From contig OZ024740.1 in NCBI GenBank assembly GCA_964016885.1, forward strand, positions 325,066,001-325,130,000: DNA of 64,000 nt, read 5' to 3'. The notes beneath the pieces are model-generated. The model had not been told where the DNA came from. It worked only from the letters and a program-made list of their open reading frames with translations, and searched no databases. The first letter of the stretch is position 1. Each line of letters starts with the position of its first letter. Shown here piece after piece: positions 28,590 through 41,341 of this stretch. The position numbers and the translations under genes are program-made. This DNA is from Eledone cirrhosa (Eukaryota).

Positions 28590-31500
28590 CATTCTTAAGC
28601 CACGCAATGCTCACATTAAGGTACCACTCATGATAATAACAATTTAAAAAAAACAACAAAAAGAAAACCCCGTGACCAAGAAATACCGGGATGGCGGCCG
28701 GCGGGGAATAGCCATGTCTCTAGGGGAGAACGACCCCTCTAGTCTTGGTTGACACTCGTTCTAGAAGTGGTAACACGAAAAGATTACCCCTTGGCGGTTA
28801 AGGATAAAACGCGACAAAATAAGGTAGATGTCTAATGATGAAATCTCATACCGGATCGGCCGTCACCCGGGTAAAAAAGGGCCGCGTCCCTCAGAGAGGA
28901 ACCAGACTGGGGTCGAAAAATCAGCTAATGGTTCAAACCTTCCCATCACTTCGGAGCTGGAGACCTCCCATAACCGGAATACTCCTACTGTTGGCCCTCC
29001 ATGCTCACCACCAAGAAATCCAAAGAAAAAGAGAGAAAAATGGTCAAGGGAAGATAATAAAGAAGTCCTTGAGGCTTTCTACACTGCCATGTACTACCCA
29101 TCAAATACATCGAATACAGAGCAAACATATATCAACTGGAAAAAGAAACATCCCGAAAACAGAGGCTATATTGACAGTAACAAACTAGCCAATATACGAA
29201 GAAATATTGTAAGAAAAAAGTTACTAACTGATATAGAAATTGATCAGATCAAGCTAGTAGCACAAAGTCAGCGAAGGGAAAATGAAGCATGTGTCAGTGA
29301 AAACGAGGTAAACTGTAACACTTCGAATCCCAGAGTTGGGGCGGAATCACTGGCAACAGAACAAATTAAAGAAAGGAGCGAAAAAGTGGAGGGAGTGCAT
29401 GCTCAGGATGAAACTCTAAATGAAAATAATGAGATCGTAAATGATAAAGAAATGAATGAGAATGAACTTGCCAACTTGAAGGATGAAATTATGATCGAAT
29501 GGATGAAAATGAAAGAATCTGACATGGGGGAACGAGACACCCTCCCTAAGATCCAGAACTCCAAACAGAACCAAAAGATAATACACAAGACTAACATAAT
29601 TCTCAAAAACATTATCATCACAAACAAAATAAACATTACTGACTTAAATCATCTCTATTATGCATCGGCTAAAGTCACCACTCACTTATGTGGAGTGAAG
29701 ATGAAAAAACAAAGGAATTCCCACAAGAAATCTACTTGGCAAGATAACATCAATCGCCAAATAAACCTTCTCCGATCTGACATAGAAATTTTAACAAACT
29801 ATAAAGTAGGTGAACATGTTAAACAAACTAAACTTAGAAAATTGAAAAAAAAGTACAGTATAAGATCAACATGTGACATAGACATGCTGATAGAAACAAT
29901 CAAGCAAAAAGTGTCGGCCAAAGCTGCTCGTATAAGGCGCTTTGAAAAACGATCTAGATTCTATAAGGATAATAATATGTTCAAAAACAACCAAAGAAAC
30001 TTCTACAGAAAAATTGGTAAGTCAACAATAACTGCTAAATCAATACCACCCAAGGAGGAAGTGCAAGAATTCTGGGAAAAGATCTGGGCCGAAGAAAAAG
30101 TTCATAACATACATGCCCCATGGATAGACAGACAAATGAAAGAAACAGCTCACCTTGAAGAACAAACATGGGAAAATATAACAGTTGAACAGCTGCGCTT
30201 GGCTCTAAGAAAAACCAGCAAATGGAAATCCCCAGGAAAAGACAAAATACAAAACTTTTGGATAAATGCCTTCACAGAGTCTCATGAGCTGTTAGCCCAA
30301 CTTTACAATGAAATAGTTAAGGAGCCAGAAAAGATACCATCATGGCTAGTCAACGGCATTACATTCCTGCTACCGAAGAATGATGAGACAAACAATCCCA
30401 AAAATTACAGACCGATAACCTGCTTGACCACAATGTATAAAATTTTAACATCAGTCCTAACTGAATACACATATGACCACCTGATAACAAATGACCTATT
30501 TCCCATTGAGCAGAAAGGGTGTAAACGAGGCTCATATGGCTGTAAGGATCAGCTTCTGGTTAACAAAATGATACTGGAAGATTGTCATAATAGACACAAA
30601 AATCTATCGATTGCTTGGATAGATTATAAAAAAGCATTTGATAGTTTGCCACACAGTTGGATTGAAAAATGTTTAGAGATTTTCAAAATATCCCCCGTTG
30701 TCAGGAGGTTTTTGTCATTCAGTATGAGGACATGGAGAACGACACTCCTTTTGAATAGTGAAACAAAATCACTGGAAGCTGGAGAAGTTAACATTAATTG
30801 TGGAATTTTTCAGGGTGACTCTTTATCACCGCTTTTATTCTGCATCGCACTTATACCATTAAGTAAAATGCTCAATGAAACAAAACATGGATATAGAGTC
30901 TATGACAAAACCATTAATCACCTGTTCTACATGGATGACCTGAAACTATTTGCAAAAAATGATGAACAATTGCAAGGGCTATTATCCACTGTGAAGCAGT
31001 TCAGTGATGACATTAAAATGGAGTTTGGACTGGATAAATGCGCCAAAGCAACGTTCACCAGAGGAAAGCTGCTGAAGAGTTCAGACATTAATCTTGATCG
31101 GGGGAACGTGATAAGAGAGCTTGATCAAGAACAAACTTACAAATATCTAGGTGTTTGTGAAGGAGACGGAATCAAGCACTCGACAATGAGGGAAAGGATA
31201 AGGAAGGAATGTTACCGCAGAGTCAGAGCAATCTTAAGAACGGAATTGAATGCAAGGAATAGGATCGATGCCATAAACACGCTTGCCATACCAGTAGTAA
31301 CCTACAGTTACAATGTCATCAACTGGTCAAGCACAGAGATCCGTAGGCTCGATACAAAAATCCGAAAATTCTTAACCATGCACAGAATGCATCACCCTAA
31401 GGCAGACATAGATAGAATATATCTCCCTAGGAAAGAAGGAGGACGTGGGTTAATCCAGTTAGACATTGCGTTGAAAACTGCAACAATTGGATTATCCACA

Positions 31501-32639
31501 TATCTAAGGGAATCACATGATTGGATGATCAAACTCGTTTTGAAACACGAAAGCACCAAAAGATCATATTCCATTACAAAAGATGCACAAAGATACAGTA
31601 ATGGACTACAAATTTCAGAAGTCCCATTTACTGCTGAAATGGAAAACACAGAAAAAGCAAAGCAGGTAAAAGTAACTGCAAAGAAAGAACTGCTACAGAA
31701 ACTGGCTAAGAAATGGCAAGAAAAGCCTCTGTATGGAAAATACCCAGAGCGAGCTAACAATCCTGATGTTGACAAAACTTTAACCCATCAGTGGTTGGCA
31801 TCCTCTGGACTGAAATCGGAGACTGAAGGACTGATTATATCCGCACAAGATCAGTGTCTGCCAACAAAAAATTACCAAGCCAACATAATAAAAAATGGGT
31901 GCAGCCCACTATGCCGTGTATGCAAAAAACAACCAGAGACCATTGACCATATAATTTCAATGTGCAGTCCCATAGCTCCAACCGAATACCTAAACAGGCA
32001 TGACAGAGCTGCACAATACATACATTGGATAATGTGTAAGCATTTTGACCTGCCCCATCAAAAGAATTGGTGGGAGCATCAACCACCTCCCATACTTGAA
32101 AAAGATCACATCTCAATCTTGTGGAACTTTAGCATCCAAACAGACCGAAAAATAGATGCAAATAGACCTGATATAATATTGAAGGACTTTCAAAGGAGGG
32201 TATGCCTGCTAATTGATATGTCTGTTCCAATAGACAAGAATGTATCTATAAAAACATTTGAAAAATTGAGCAAGTATAAGGACCTGGAGATAGAAATTGG
32301 AAAAATGTGGAAATTGAGAACTAAAACAATACCAGTGGTTGTAGGCGCTCTGGGAATGATACCTAAGGGGTCTAACGACTACTTATCGCAAATCCCAGGA
32401 AACCCGCGTATAGGAGAAATACAAAAGATAGTACTAATGGGAACTGCCCATATACTAAGGAAGATCCTGTCAATATAAGTACATCACAAGTCTAAACACT
32501 AAGGATGCATGTGTGAATATGTGTGTTCTTTCTTGAACATGGCGGACCTTGTTGTCTCTTGAGGTCACTGGTTGTGACTTGGTGATAACTCGTATAAACA
32601 TAAAGCAAGATAAATGCAAATAATAATAATAATAATAAT
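28590..32639 (+). mobile_element. Apparently full-length R4/Dong-clade element, family A copy 2
   Basis: GC-rich 5' UTR (28668-28827), intact ORF, ~140-nt 3' UTR and (TAA)6 tail. The 5' boundary is uncertain (28590-28668). Confidence 0.88.
28828..32478 (+). CDS. Intact R4/Dong-clade ORF: reverse transcriptase, CCHC finger and restriction-like endonuclease (1216 aa)
   Basis: N-terminal REKWSREDNK, WKSPGKD, NYRPITCL, WIDYKKAFDS, GIFQGDSLSP, YMDD, YKYLG, GGRGL, CRVC-x8-H-x4-C and NRPDII..IDMSVP..KLSKY. Confidence 0.95.
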   Translation: MSNDEISYRIGRHPGKKGPRPSERNQTGVEKSANGSNLPITSELETSHNRNTPTVGPPCSPPRNPKKKREKWSREDNKEVLEAFYTAMYYPSNTSNTEQTYINWKKKHPENRGYIDSNKLANIRRNIVRKKLLTDIEIDQIKLVAQSQRRENEACVSENEVNCNTSNPRVGAESLATEQIKERSEKVEGVHAQDETLNENNEIVNDKEMNENELANLKDEIMIEWMKMKESDMGERDTLPKIQNSKQNQKIIHKTNIILKNIIITNKINITDLNHLYYASAKVTTHLCGVKMKKQRNSHKKSTWQDNINRQINLLRSDIEILTNYKVGEHVKQTKLRKLKKKYSIRSTCDIDMLIETIKQKVSAKAARIRRFEKRSRFYKDNNMFKNNQRNFYRKIGKSTITAKSIPPKEEVQEFWEKIWAEEKVHNIHAPWIDRQMKETAHLEEQTWENITVEQLRLALRKTSKWKSPGKDKIQNFWINAFTESHELLAQLYNEIVKEPEKIPSWLVNGITFLLPKNDETNNPKNYRPITCLTTMYKILTSVLTEYTYDHLITNDLFPIEQKGCKRGSYGCKDQLLVNKMILEDCHNRHKNLSIAWIDYKKAFDSLPHSWIEKCLEIFKISPVVRRFLSFSMRTWRTTLLLNSETKSLEAGEVNINCGIFQGDSLSPLLFCIALIPLSKMLNETKHGYRVYDKTINHLFYMDDLKLFAKNDEQLQGLLSTVKQFSDDIKMEFGLDKCAKATFTRGKLLKSSDINLDRGNVIRELDQEQTYKYLGVCEGDGIKHSTMRERIRKECYRRVRAILRTELNARNRIDAINTLAIPVVTYSYNVINWSSTEIRRLDTKIRKFLTMHRMHHPKADIDRIYLPRKEGGRGLIQLDIALKTATIGLSTYLRESHDWMIKLVLKHESTKRSYSITKDAQRYSNGLQISEVPFTAEMENTEKAKQVKVTAKKELLQKLAKKWQEKPLYGKYPERANNPDVDKTLTHQWLASSGLKSETEGLIISAQDQCLPTKNYQANIIKNGCSPLCRVCKKQPETIDHIISMCSPIAPTEYLNRHDRAAQYIHWIMCKHFDLPHQKNWWEHQPPPILEKDHISILWNFSIQTDRKIDANRPDIILKDFQRRVCLLIDMSVPIDKNVSIKTFEKLSKYKDLEIEIGKMWKLRTKTIPVVVGALGMIPKGSNDYLSQIPGNPRIGEIQKIVLMGTAHILRKILSI

Positions 32640-32692
32640 GCCTATGTTTTTTTTTTTACAGGCATTTTTAAAAGGCATTTTTACAGGCATTT

Positions 32693-35325
32693 TTACAGGC
32701 ATTTTTAAAAAACATAGGCACTAAAAATAGACTGGAAATAAAATACAAAACTAGGAGTAAAAAGCTAAATATTATCATAGAGGAATTGAAGCAACGCATT
32801 GTAGCAAAGAGTGCCAAAATCAGGCGATACGAGAACAGAGTCAGTCAGTATAAACAGAACCGCATGTTCGACAACAACCAGAAGATGCTGTTTGGACAGC
32901 TTGAGGGGAAAGAAAGAGGCAACGACTTGATCCCTGGGGCGGAACAAGCTAAAACATTCTGGAGAGGAATATGGGAGCAGGATGTTAGACACAATGCCCA
33001 GGCAGGGTGGATTGAGACAGTACAGAGGGAGATCGGTGAGCAGGCACAGCAACAGACTGATTTGAGTATCACAGTTGAAACTCTTAAGGGGCAAGCCAAA
33101 AAACTAACCAACTGGAAATCACCAGGCCCAGATGGTGTGCAGGGGTATTGGATTAAACATTTAACATCCCTCCACCCGAAGCTGACGGCCATGTTCAATG
33201 ACTGCTTGGTGTCGGGTGAGGTGCCAGAGTGGTTGACAAAAGGTACCACAGTTCTGATAATGAAAGACCGAATCAAGGGTAATGATGTTACCAACTATAG
33301 ACCTATCACATGTCTGCCCGTAATGTGGAAACTGTTGACGAGCATTGTGTCTGAGGAAATCTACCATCACCTCCACACAAACAACTTGTTGCCGGACGAA
33401 CAGAAAGGATGCCGAAAGAAGTCACGTGGTACAAAGGACCAGTTGCTTATTGATAAGATGGTAATGGGGAATTGCAGGAGGAGACACACTGATCTTGCCA
33501 TGGGATGGATAGACTACAGAAAGGCATTTGACATGGTGCCTCATTCCTGGATCACCAAAAGCCTGGAGATCTTCAGGGTGGCAGATAACATCAGACAGTT
33601 GCTGGGCAGGAGTATGGGGTCCTGGGAGACAGAGTTGACATCAACTGGAGTATCCTTGGGAAGCGTGAAGATCAAGAGAGGTATCTTCCAGGGAGATAGC
33701 CTGTCCCCTCTGTTGTTTGTCCTTGCCCTGATGCCCTTGACCATTATGCTGCGAAAAGTGAGAGCAGGATACAAGTTGGGAAGGGGAGAGCTTACCATCA
33801 ATCACCTCCTCTTCATGGACGATCTTAAGCTTTTCGGGAAAAGTGAGAAGGAGTTGGATGTGCTTGTTGACACTGTCCGTATTTTCAGCAGTGATATATG
33901 TATGCAGTTTGGTATTGGTAAATGTGGAGTCATTGTGATGAGGAGGGGTAGGTTGAGCAGAAGTAACGGGATCCAGATACCAACAGGTGAGATGATAAAG
34001 GAAATTGACTCTGAGGAAGGATACAAGTATTTGGGCGTTCTGGAGGCTGATGGCATAAAGAACAAAAAAATGAAGGAATTGTTAAGAACTGAATACATTC
34101 GGAGAGTAAGGAGCGTATTGAAGTCACATCTGAACAGCAGAAATGCCATAAGCGCAGTAAATTCCCGAGCTGTGTCTATTATTAGGTACAGTGCGGGAAT
34201 TCTGAGATGGAATGTTGCTGAACAAAAATAAATGGATAGGAAGACTAGGAAGCTATTGACTATCTACAACATGTTCCACAAGAGGAGTGACGTCGATAGA
34301 CTCTACCTAAGGAGATCTGAGGGTGGAAGAGGTCTTATCAGCATAGAGGACTGTGTTCAGATGGAGAAAAACAACCTATACAAATACGTGACCTATAGTA
34401 AGGAGCCAATGCTCAGAGCTGTACTGAAGGAGGGGACAGTAGGCCAGGGGATATCCAAGGAGGAAATAACATCAAGGAGGAAGAGCAGCCTCAAGGGAAA
34501 ATCCCTTCATAGTACCTTCTTTGAGAAAACTGAATTTAGAGATCCACAGACATGGAACTGGTTGAGAAGAGGAGACCTCAAAAAGGCTACAGAAGGAATG
34601 CTAATGGCTGCGCAGGAGCAGGCCCTCAAAACGAAGTGGTTGAAGCACCATATCTACAAGGAGGAGGCTATCCCACTGTGCAGGATCTGTGGAGAGAGAG
34701 AGGAGACTGTGGCTCACATTGTGTCCGAGTGTAAACACCTAGCCCAGACCCACTATAAGGGCTGGAGACACGATGTGATGGGGAGGGTGATCCACTGGCA
34801 CCTGTGCAAAGTAAACAATCTACCACATTCTGAGAAATGGTATGAGCATAGGCCAGAGGCGGTGATGGAGAACAGTCAGGTGAAGGTGTTGTGGGATTTT
34901 AGGATACAGACGGACAAAAAACTGGAACACAATAGACCTGACCTGGTGGTTGTGGACAAAGAAAAAAGATCGTGCCTGATTGTGGATGTGGCCTGCCCGT
35001 TCGACACGAGAGTGCAAGAGAAGGAGAGGGAGAAAATTAACCGATACCAGGACCTAAAGTGGGAGGTGAAAAGGATTTGGAACTGCCATGAAGTCAAAGT
35101 GATCCCGATTGTCATAGGCGCACTGGGGACTATCTCCAAAGGTTTCCAGGGATGGTTAAAGAAAATCGGCCCCTTCACGCTTTTTGGAACGCTTCAAAAG
35201 GCATGCTTGCTTGGAACGGCAAGAACCCTCCGATACGTCCTGAATATCTGAGGCTGCAGGTAGTGGCTTGATATTCAATCCAACGGACTTTCCAGTTAAC
35301 CAACATCAATGACTGAGATTCAAGG
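32693..35325 (+). mobile_element. 5'-truncated R4/Dong-clade element, family B copy 1
   Basis: In-frame ORFs 32786-34231 and 34232-35251 are separated by one TAA. Motifs FMDD, CRICGEREETVAHIVSEC and NRPDLVV..IVDVACP..KINRY; TAA-type tail. Confidence 0.92.
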
Positions 35326-35359
35326 AATAACAATAACAATAATAATAATAATAATAATA

Positions 35360-37782
35360 GAGGGGAAAGAAAGAGGCAACGACTTGATCCCTGGGGCGGA
35401 GAAAACTAAAACATTCTGGAGAGGAATATGGGAGCAGGATGTTAGACATAATGTCCAGGCAGGGTGGATTGAGACAGTACAGAGGGAGATCGGTGAGCAG
35501 GCACACCAACAAACTGATTTGAGTATCACAGTTGAAACTCTTAAGGGGCAGGCCAAAAAACTAACCAACTGGAAATCACCAGGCCCAGATGGTGTGCAGG
35601 GGTATTGGATTAAAAATTTAACATCCCTCCACCCGAAGCTGACGGCCATGTTCAATGACTGCTTGGTGTCGGGTGAGGTGCCAGAGTGGTTGACAAAAGG
35701 TACCACAGTTCTGATAGTGAAAGACCGAATCAAGGGTAATGATGTTACCAACTATAGACCTATCACATGTCTGTCCGTAATGTGGAAACTGTCGACGAGC
35801 ATTGTGTCTGAGGAAATCTACCATCACCTCCACACAAACAACTTGTTACCGGACGAACAGAAAGGATGCCGAAAGAAGTCACGTGGTACAAAGGACCAGT
35901 TACTTATTGATAAGATGGTAATGGGGAATTGCAGGAGGAGACACACTGATCTTGCCATGGGATGGATAGACTACAGAAAGGCATTTGACATGGTGCCTCA
36001 TTCTTGGATCACCAAAAGCCTGGAGATCTTCAGGGTGGCAGATAACATCAGACAGTTGCTGGGCAGGAGTATGGGGTCCTGGGAGACAGAGTTGACATCA
36101 ACTGAAGTATCCTTGGGAAGCGTGAAGATCAAGAGAGGTATCTTCCAGGGAGATAGCCTGTCCCCTCTGTTGTTTGTCCTTGCCCTGATGCCCTTGACCA
36201 TTATGCTGCGAAAAGTGAGAGCAGGATACAAGTTGGGAAAGGGAGAGCTTACCATCAATCACCTCCTCTTCATGGACGATCTTAAGCTCTTCGGGAAAAG
36301 TGAGAAGGAGTTGGATGTGCTTGTTGACACTGTCCGTATTTTCAGCAGTGATATATGTATGCAGTTTGGTATTAGTAAATGTGGAGTCATTGTGATGAGG
36401 AGGGGTAGGTTGAGCAGAAGTAACGGGATCCAGATACCAACAGGTGAGATGATAAAGGAAATTGACTCTGAGGAAGGATACAAGTATTTGGGCGTTCTGG
36501 AGGCTGATGGCATAAAGAACAAAAAAATGAAGGAATTGTTAAGAACTGAATACATTCGGAGAGTAAGGAGCGTATTGAAGTCACATCTGAACAGCAGAAA
36601 TGCCATAAGCGCAGTAAATTCCCGAGCTGTGTCTATTATTAGGTACAGTGCGGGAATTCTGAGATGGAATGTTGCTGAACAAAAATAAATGGATAGGAAG
36701 ACTAGGAAGCTATTGACTATCTACAACATGTTCCACAAGAGGAGTGATGTCGATAGACTCTACCTAAGGAGATCTGAGGGTGGAAGAGGTCTTATCAGCA
36801 TAGAGGACTGTGTTCAGATGGAGAAAAACAACCTATACAAATACGTGACCTATAGTAAGGAGCCAATGCTCAGAACTGTACTGAAGGAGGGGACATTAGG
36901 CCAGGGGATGTCCAAGGAGGAAATAACATCAAGGAGGAAGAGCAGCCTTAAGGGAAAATCCCTTCATAGTACCTTCTTTAAGAAAACTGAATTTAGAGAT
37001 CCACAGACATGGAACTGGTTGAGAAGAGGAGACCTCAAAAAGGCTACAGAAGGAATGCTAATGGCTGCGCAGGAGCAGGCCCTCAAAACGAAGTGGTTGA
37101 AGCACCATATTTACAAGGAGGAGGCTAGCCGACTGTGCAGGATCTGTGGAGAGAGAGAGGAGACTGTGGCTCACATTGTGTCCGAGTGTAAACACCTAGC
37201 CCAGACCCACTATAAGGGCTGGAGACACGATGTGATGGGCAGGGTGATCCACTGGCACCTGTGCAAAGTAAACAATTTACCACATTCTGAGAAATGGTAT
37301 GAGCATAGGCCAGAGGCGGTGATGGAGAACAATCAGGTGAAGGTGCTGTGGGATTTTAGGATACAGACGGACAAAAAACTGGAACACAATAGACCTGACC
37401 TGGTGGTTGTGGACAAAGAAAAAAGATCGTGTCTGATTGTGGATGTGGCCTGCCCTTTCGACACGAGAGTGCAAGAGAAGGAGAGGGAGAAAATTAACCG
37501 ATACCAGGACCTAAAGTGGGAGGTGAAAAGGATTTGGAACTGCCATGAAGTCAAAGTGATCCCGATTGTCATAGGCGCACTGGGGACTATCTCCAAAAGT
37601 TTCCAGGGATGGTTAAAGAAAATTGGCCCCTTCACGCTTTTTGGAACGCTTCAAAAGGCATGCTTGCTTGGAACAGCAAGAACCCTCCGATACATCCTGA
37701 ATATCTGAGGCTGCAGGTAGTGGCTTGATATTCATTCCAACGGACTTTCCAGTTAACCAATATCAATGACTGAGATTCAAGG
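35360..37782 (+). mobile_element. 5'-truncated R4/Dong-clade element, family B copy 2
   Basis: Starts inside the TAA tail of copy 1, is highly similar to it, has the same internal TAA (36686-36688) and a tail at 37783-37816. Confidence 0.92.
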
Positions 37783-38423
37783 AATAACAACAATAATAAT
37801 AATAATAATAATAATAGTGAGTAAAAACGAAGTTGCAGCTGCGATTAGCAGTTTCTACATCAATCTCCTGAGTCTGAACCAAAGCACTCAATGAGGTGAT
37901 ATCGATAAATCGATGAATTGTGGCTCAGAGTAATAATAATACGTTAGGTGTGTGACACAGTGAAAATTGCTACTACAACTCATATACAAAAAGATATTTG
38001 ATTTTATATATAGAGAGAAAATGAGTGATAGATAGATATATAGATACATACAAACATACAGACATACGTATATACATACATACATACATACATACATACA
38101 TACATACATACATACATACATACATACATACATACATACATACGTACTAGTTAGGAAATTACAAGTACAATCTATTAATAGAACAGTAAAAATATGTAAA
38201 ACATTCCAAAAGTTTTGCATCTAATAACTGCATATACACATGCACACATACAATTCAAAACATACACATCCACACATACAATAACATCCATATCTACACA
38301 TGCATACATACATATCTCCCTAGTTAATGTTGTGTAAATTCCAATGAGAGAGTCTTGTATCTATGTTAGAAACCGACTCTCTCTCTATTGGGAAAAAATT
38401 TGTGAAATTATAAAACCAGAAGA

Positions 38424-38457
<34 letters not shown>

Positions 38458-39553
38458 GTGTGTATATAGTGGATATATATATATAAATACACATATATCT
38501 ACACACACACTCACTTTATATATACATGTAAATGTGTGTACACTGGCATACACCCGCAAATTTTCGCAATCCCAAACACCAGAATAAATACTATAAACCT
38601 ATATATTTAGGTAAAATATAATTTCATATATTATATGCTATGAGGTTCTGGTAGAAAAAAATATACTCATTTCTCTGTCGGCCTTCTCTTGAACTATTTC
38701 AGTGGGAAAGGAAGGCTTGGATCCTTTATTTATCCTGTGGGAATATTCTTAACAATTGAATAATTCTGACATCTGTTAGTAATTGCTGAAGACGTTCAGC
38801 TTAACTAATTCTGCCCTCATTTCTCAAAATTAAGATTTACCTATAATTAGCTTATTTTATTAGACGTTTCCCTGTTGGGTAAGGTATGCAGAGTGTTTCT
38901 CTTCATTCCGTTCATCGTTTATTTACTGACATTTTTTGTTATTTATATTTATATATACTTTTAAAGCTAACATTCTCTTTCTTTTATTAAAGTTTATTCT
39001 GCTCTTTGGAAATGGATTCAAAACAGATGGGGGGGTTTCCAGAAAATAAAGAAAAAAAAGACAGATGTTTGTGAGAAACTATATTTATATATAGATTCCC
39101 GCTCTGGGACGACATTATTGAAGCTCCGCCTTCGGCCCCGATTCTTTTTTTTTTCTTTTTTTTTTTTGTCTATATCTCAAACTCTGGCAGATTACATACG
39201 TTTTTCTACGTTACTTCTGGTTTATTTACTGTACAGAGGAGCTGTTGAAAAATCATGGTTTTCTATTATTAAATACATATAGAATTAGGTATTGTGTCTC
39301 GTTCAAAAAGAATATATAATATTTTTGAATTAAAAGGAAGATTTCGTTAGAAATCAAAAGGGTTATACGGAATATATTTTATATTGATAAACAGCGCCCA
39401 AATCTCGGGGAACAGAAGTCAAACATGGCAAGATTTTAATTCACAGATGAAAATAAATAGTTATTTAGATGAAAATAAATAGTTATTTAGCACTCTTACA
39501 CTTTACTATCATTTCTGCCGCTCAGTCAAATATAGGTGTCCGTTTCACAAGCA

Positions 39554-39642
<89 letters not shown>

Positions 39643-40027
39643 TGTGTGTGTGTGTGTGATTTTATCTTGTCTGTATCTATATTTATGTAGTGTAAATTAT
39701 GGATCTAACTGAACGAGATGGATAAAACAAACACGACACTAGAAAGACTAATTAGTCGCGTTGATATAATGATTAACTAAATCCCTTTAAGCTGGTCTCT
39801 ACCATGCCGCAGTCGTGTATATATATATATATATATATATCAAACTGAAATATATATGTGTGTGTCTGTATTTATGTATATACACGTTTTAATGTACGTG
39901 TACACACACAATGTTCTTGTTTCACTATCTTAAAATGTCCACATATATCGTCTTACATAATTGATATATATATGTATATATATCCATATATATCCATATA
40001 TATCCATATACATACATATATACATAC

Positions 40028-40129
<102 letters not shown>

Positions 40130-40780
40130 ATGTATGTATACTCAATATAAATTAATACCGCTATTATACGCTCTTTTGTCATAGAGTCACGTTATGTATC
40201 CCGGAAATATACAGCCATCTGTTTCAAAGAATAATTTATTACTACAATTTGTCAGATTCAACTTTCTTTCCAGTTAATGAAATTAATCAAAATGGCGCCT
40301 ATCAAAATGGTGTACATCAATGGATGTCCAATTGATATCTCTATTTTCTAATTCCTCTTCTTGTTTGTCTTTTTCATAATTTTTCTATTTAACGAAACAA
40401 TTTTACATCTGTAAAACTACAATATATCGGAACATATTCGCAATTTTGTCGTTGTTGTTGTCTTTACTCTGTTCATTTTATAATAAACAGGAAATAAATA
40501 GGATTTGACAGTGTCTAATATTTAAATCGATTTATATCGGTTTTCGAAATTCATTATCAATTTGTTGGCATGAAATAAATAGAAATTGTATTGCGTGGGG
40601 TGGGCGGAGGGAAATGTCCCTCACAGTTAATTTAATTTTGCTCTATAAATTTTCCAGCTTTGAAATAAATATCTTTACTTGGCTTATTTAGATTTTAGGA
40701 TATTTATATTTGTATTGTTGTGTGTATGTGTTTATATTATATCAGTATTTCTTTATATATATATATATATATATATATAT

Positions 40781-41222
40781 GGAAAGTTATATTTAAATTG
40801 TTGGGTTACAACTAGTAAATATTTATAACTGATATAAAAGCACTCAACAAGTATTTGGAGTATATTTACGATATTAAATAAATGGAAACTATATTTATAA
40901 AACCATATTCATTTCATTATATATATTTCAGGGATATCATATTAACAATATGTTATGCCTTCCTCAGACAAAATACAATATAGACAGTTTTATAGATAAA
41001 TAGATTTGACATACCGTTCAACATCAACATACCGTTCAACATCAACTTTTTCAAATACAAGTCGATGTTGAACGGTATGTCAAATCTATTTATCTATAAA
41101 ACTGTCTATATTGTATTTTGTCTGAGGAAGGCATAACATATTGTTAATATGATATCCCTGAAATATATATAATGAAATGAATATGGTTTTATAAATATAG
41201 TTTCCATTTATTTAATATCGTA
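40781..41222. mobile_element. Asymmetric fold-back element in (TA)n carrying a hammerhead
   Basis: Arms ~40867-41028 and 41061-41222 are near-perfectly inverted, with an 18-nt duplication ATACCGTTCAACATCAAC at the centre, an ~86-nt left extension and (TA)n flanks. Confidence 0.85.
41114..41179 (+). ncRNA. Type I hammerhead ribozyme (mirror copy on the minus strand at ~40910-40975)
   Basis: TATTTTGT-CTGAGGA-AGGCATAACATATT GTT AATATGATATCCCT-GAAA-TATATA-TA-ATGAAATG. 8-bp stem I including G-U pairs, long stem II, palindromic stem III. Confidence 0.82.
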
Positions 41223-41276
41223 TATATATATATATACATACACAAGCATACACACACCCACACACACACCCACGCG

Positions 41277-41341
<65 letters not shown>

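Noticed and set aside
28668-28827. Possible HDV-like ribozyme in the Dong 5' UTR
   Set aside because: The region is GC-rich with hairpins (AGGGG..CCCCT), but I could not assemble the nested double pseudoknot by eye; a descriptor search is needed.
26286-37635. Antisense ORFs of 100-150 aa overlapping the Dong elements
   Set aside because: They are shadow frames of the RT ORFs, repeated only because the elements are duplicated.
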